Origin: Chthoniobacterales bacterium
GTDB taxonomy: Bacteria; Verrucomicrobiota; Verrucomicrobiia; Chthoniobacterales; JACTMZ01
Assembly (NCBI GenBank): GCA_040881855.1
Contig: JBBECM010000003.1
Coordinates: 1 to 49,137, forward strand
Direction: 5' to 3'
Length of the DNA stretch: 49,137 nucleotides
A program made the translations under genes and the position numbers. Positions 49,045-49,137 of the stretch are shown piece by piece. The notes beneath the pieces were generated by a model, which ran no database searches, was not told where the DNA came from, and saw only the letters and a list, made by a program, of their open reading frames with translations. The stretch's first letter is position 1. Each line of letters begins with the position of its first letter.

Positions 49045-49112
49045 AGGTAGGGACGCGCGGCTCGCGTGTCCGTTTCAGAACAATCGGACGAGCGGGCCGC
49101 TCGTCCCTACCT
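49045..49112. repeat. REP inverted doublet (REPIN-like), copy 2
   Basis: Direct repeat of 48418-48485; 66 of 68 positions identical by manual comparison. Confidence 0.9.
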
Positions 49113-49137
49113 CTGGCGGCGGAGTCGGGGTTTGACC

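Noticed and set aside
48418-49112. Repeats as a CRISPR array or IS terminal inverted repeats
   Set aside because: Only two units about 560 bp apart, no spacer series or cas genes, and the enclosed enzyme is HUH-type rather than DDE.

Overview
High-GC bacterial chromosomal segment, probably Verrucomicrobiota (inferred from gene content and protein style, not verified). It contains: the start of a nuoHIJK block (minus strand); two uncharacterised exported proteins followed by a type II secretion cluster (gspG-H-I-J-K-L-M, a Pro-rich GspC-like gene, gspD-E-F) coupled to an L,D-transpeptidase; nnr; a signal-peptide-bearing Mn/Fe SOD; an in-frame LMW phosphatase-GlyA fusion; a DJ-1 gene; a decayed yebC 5' fragment; rho with a low-complexity N-terminus; a feoA-feoA-feoB operon behind a perfect 8-1-8 palindrome; pabB-like, deacetylase, phoH, heptose/KDO genes, pyrG, two DoxX genes, terC and gnd; two tRNAs (Pro-TGG, Val-TAC), each overlapped antisense by a convergent CDS; and a RAYT transposase flanked by near-identical REP doublets. 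The best candidate for an undescribed system is a two-gene exported module (helical protein plus small beta-sandwich protein) present as two diverged copies, one coupled to the feo operon and one leading into phoH. Start codons were adjusted by eye. All family assignments come from motif recognition, not database searches.
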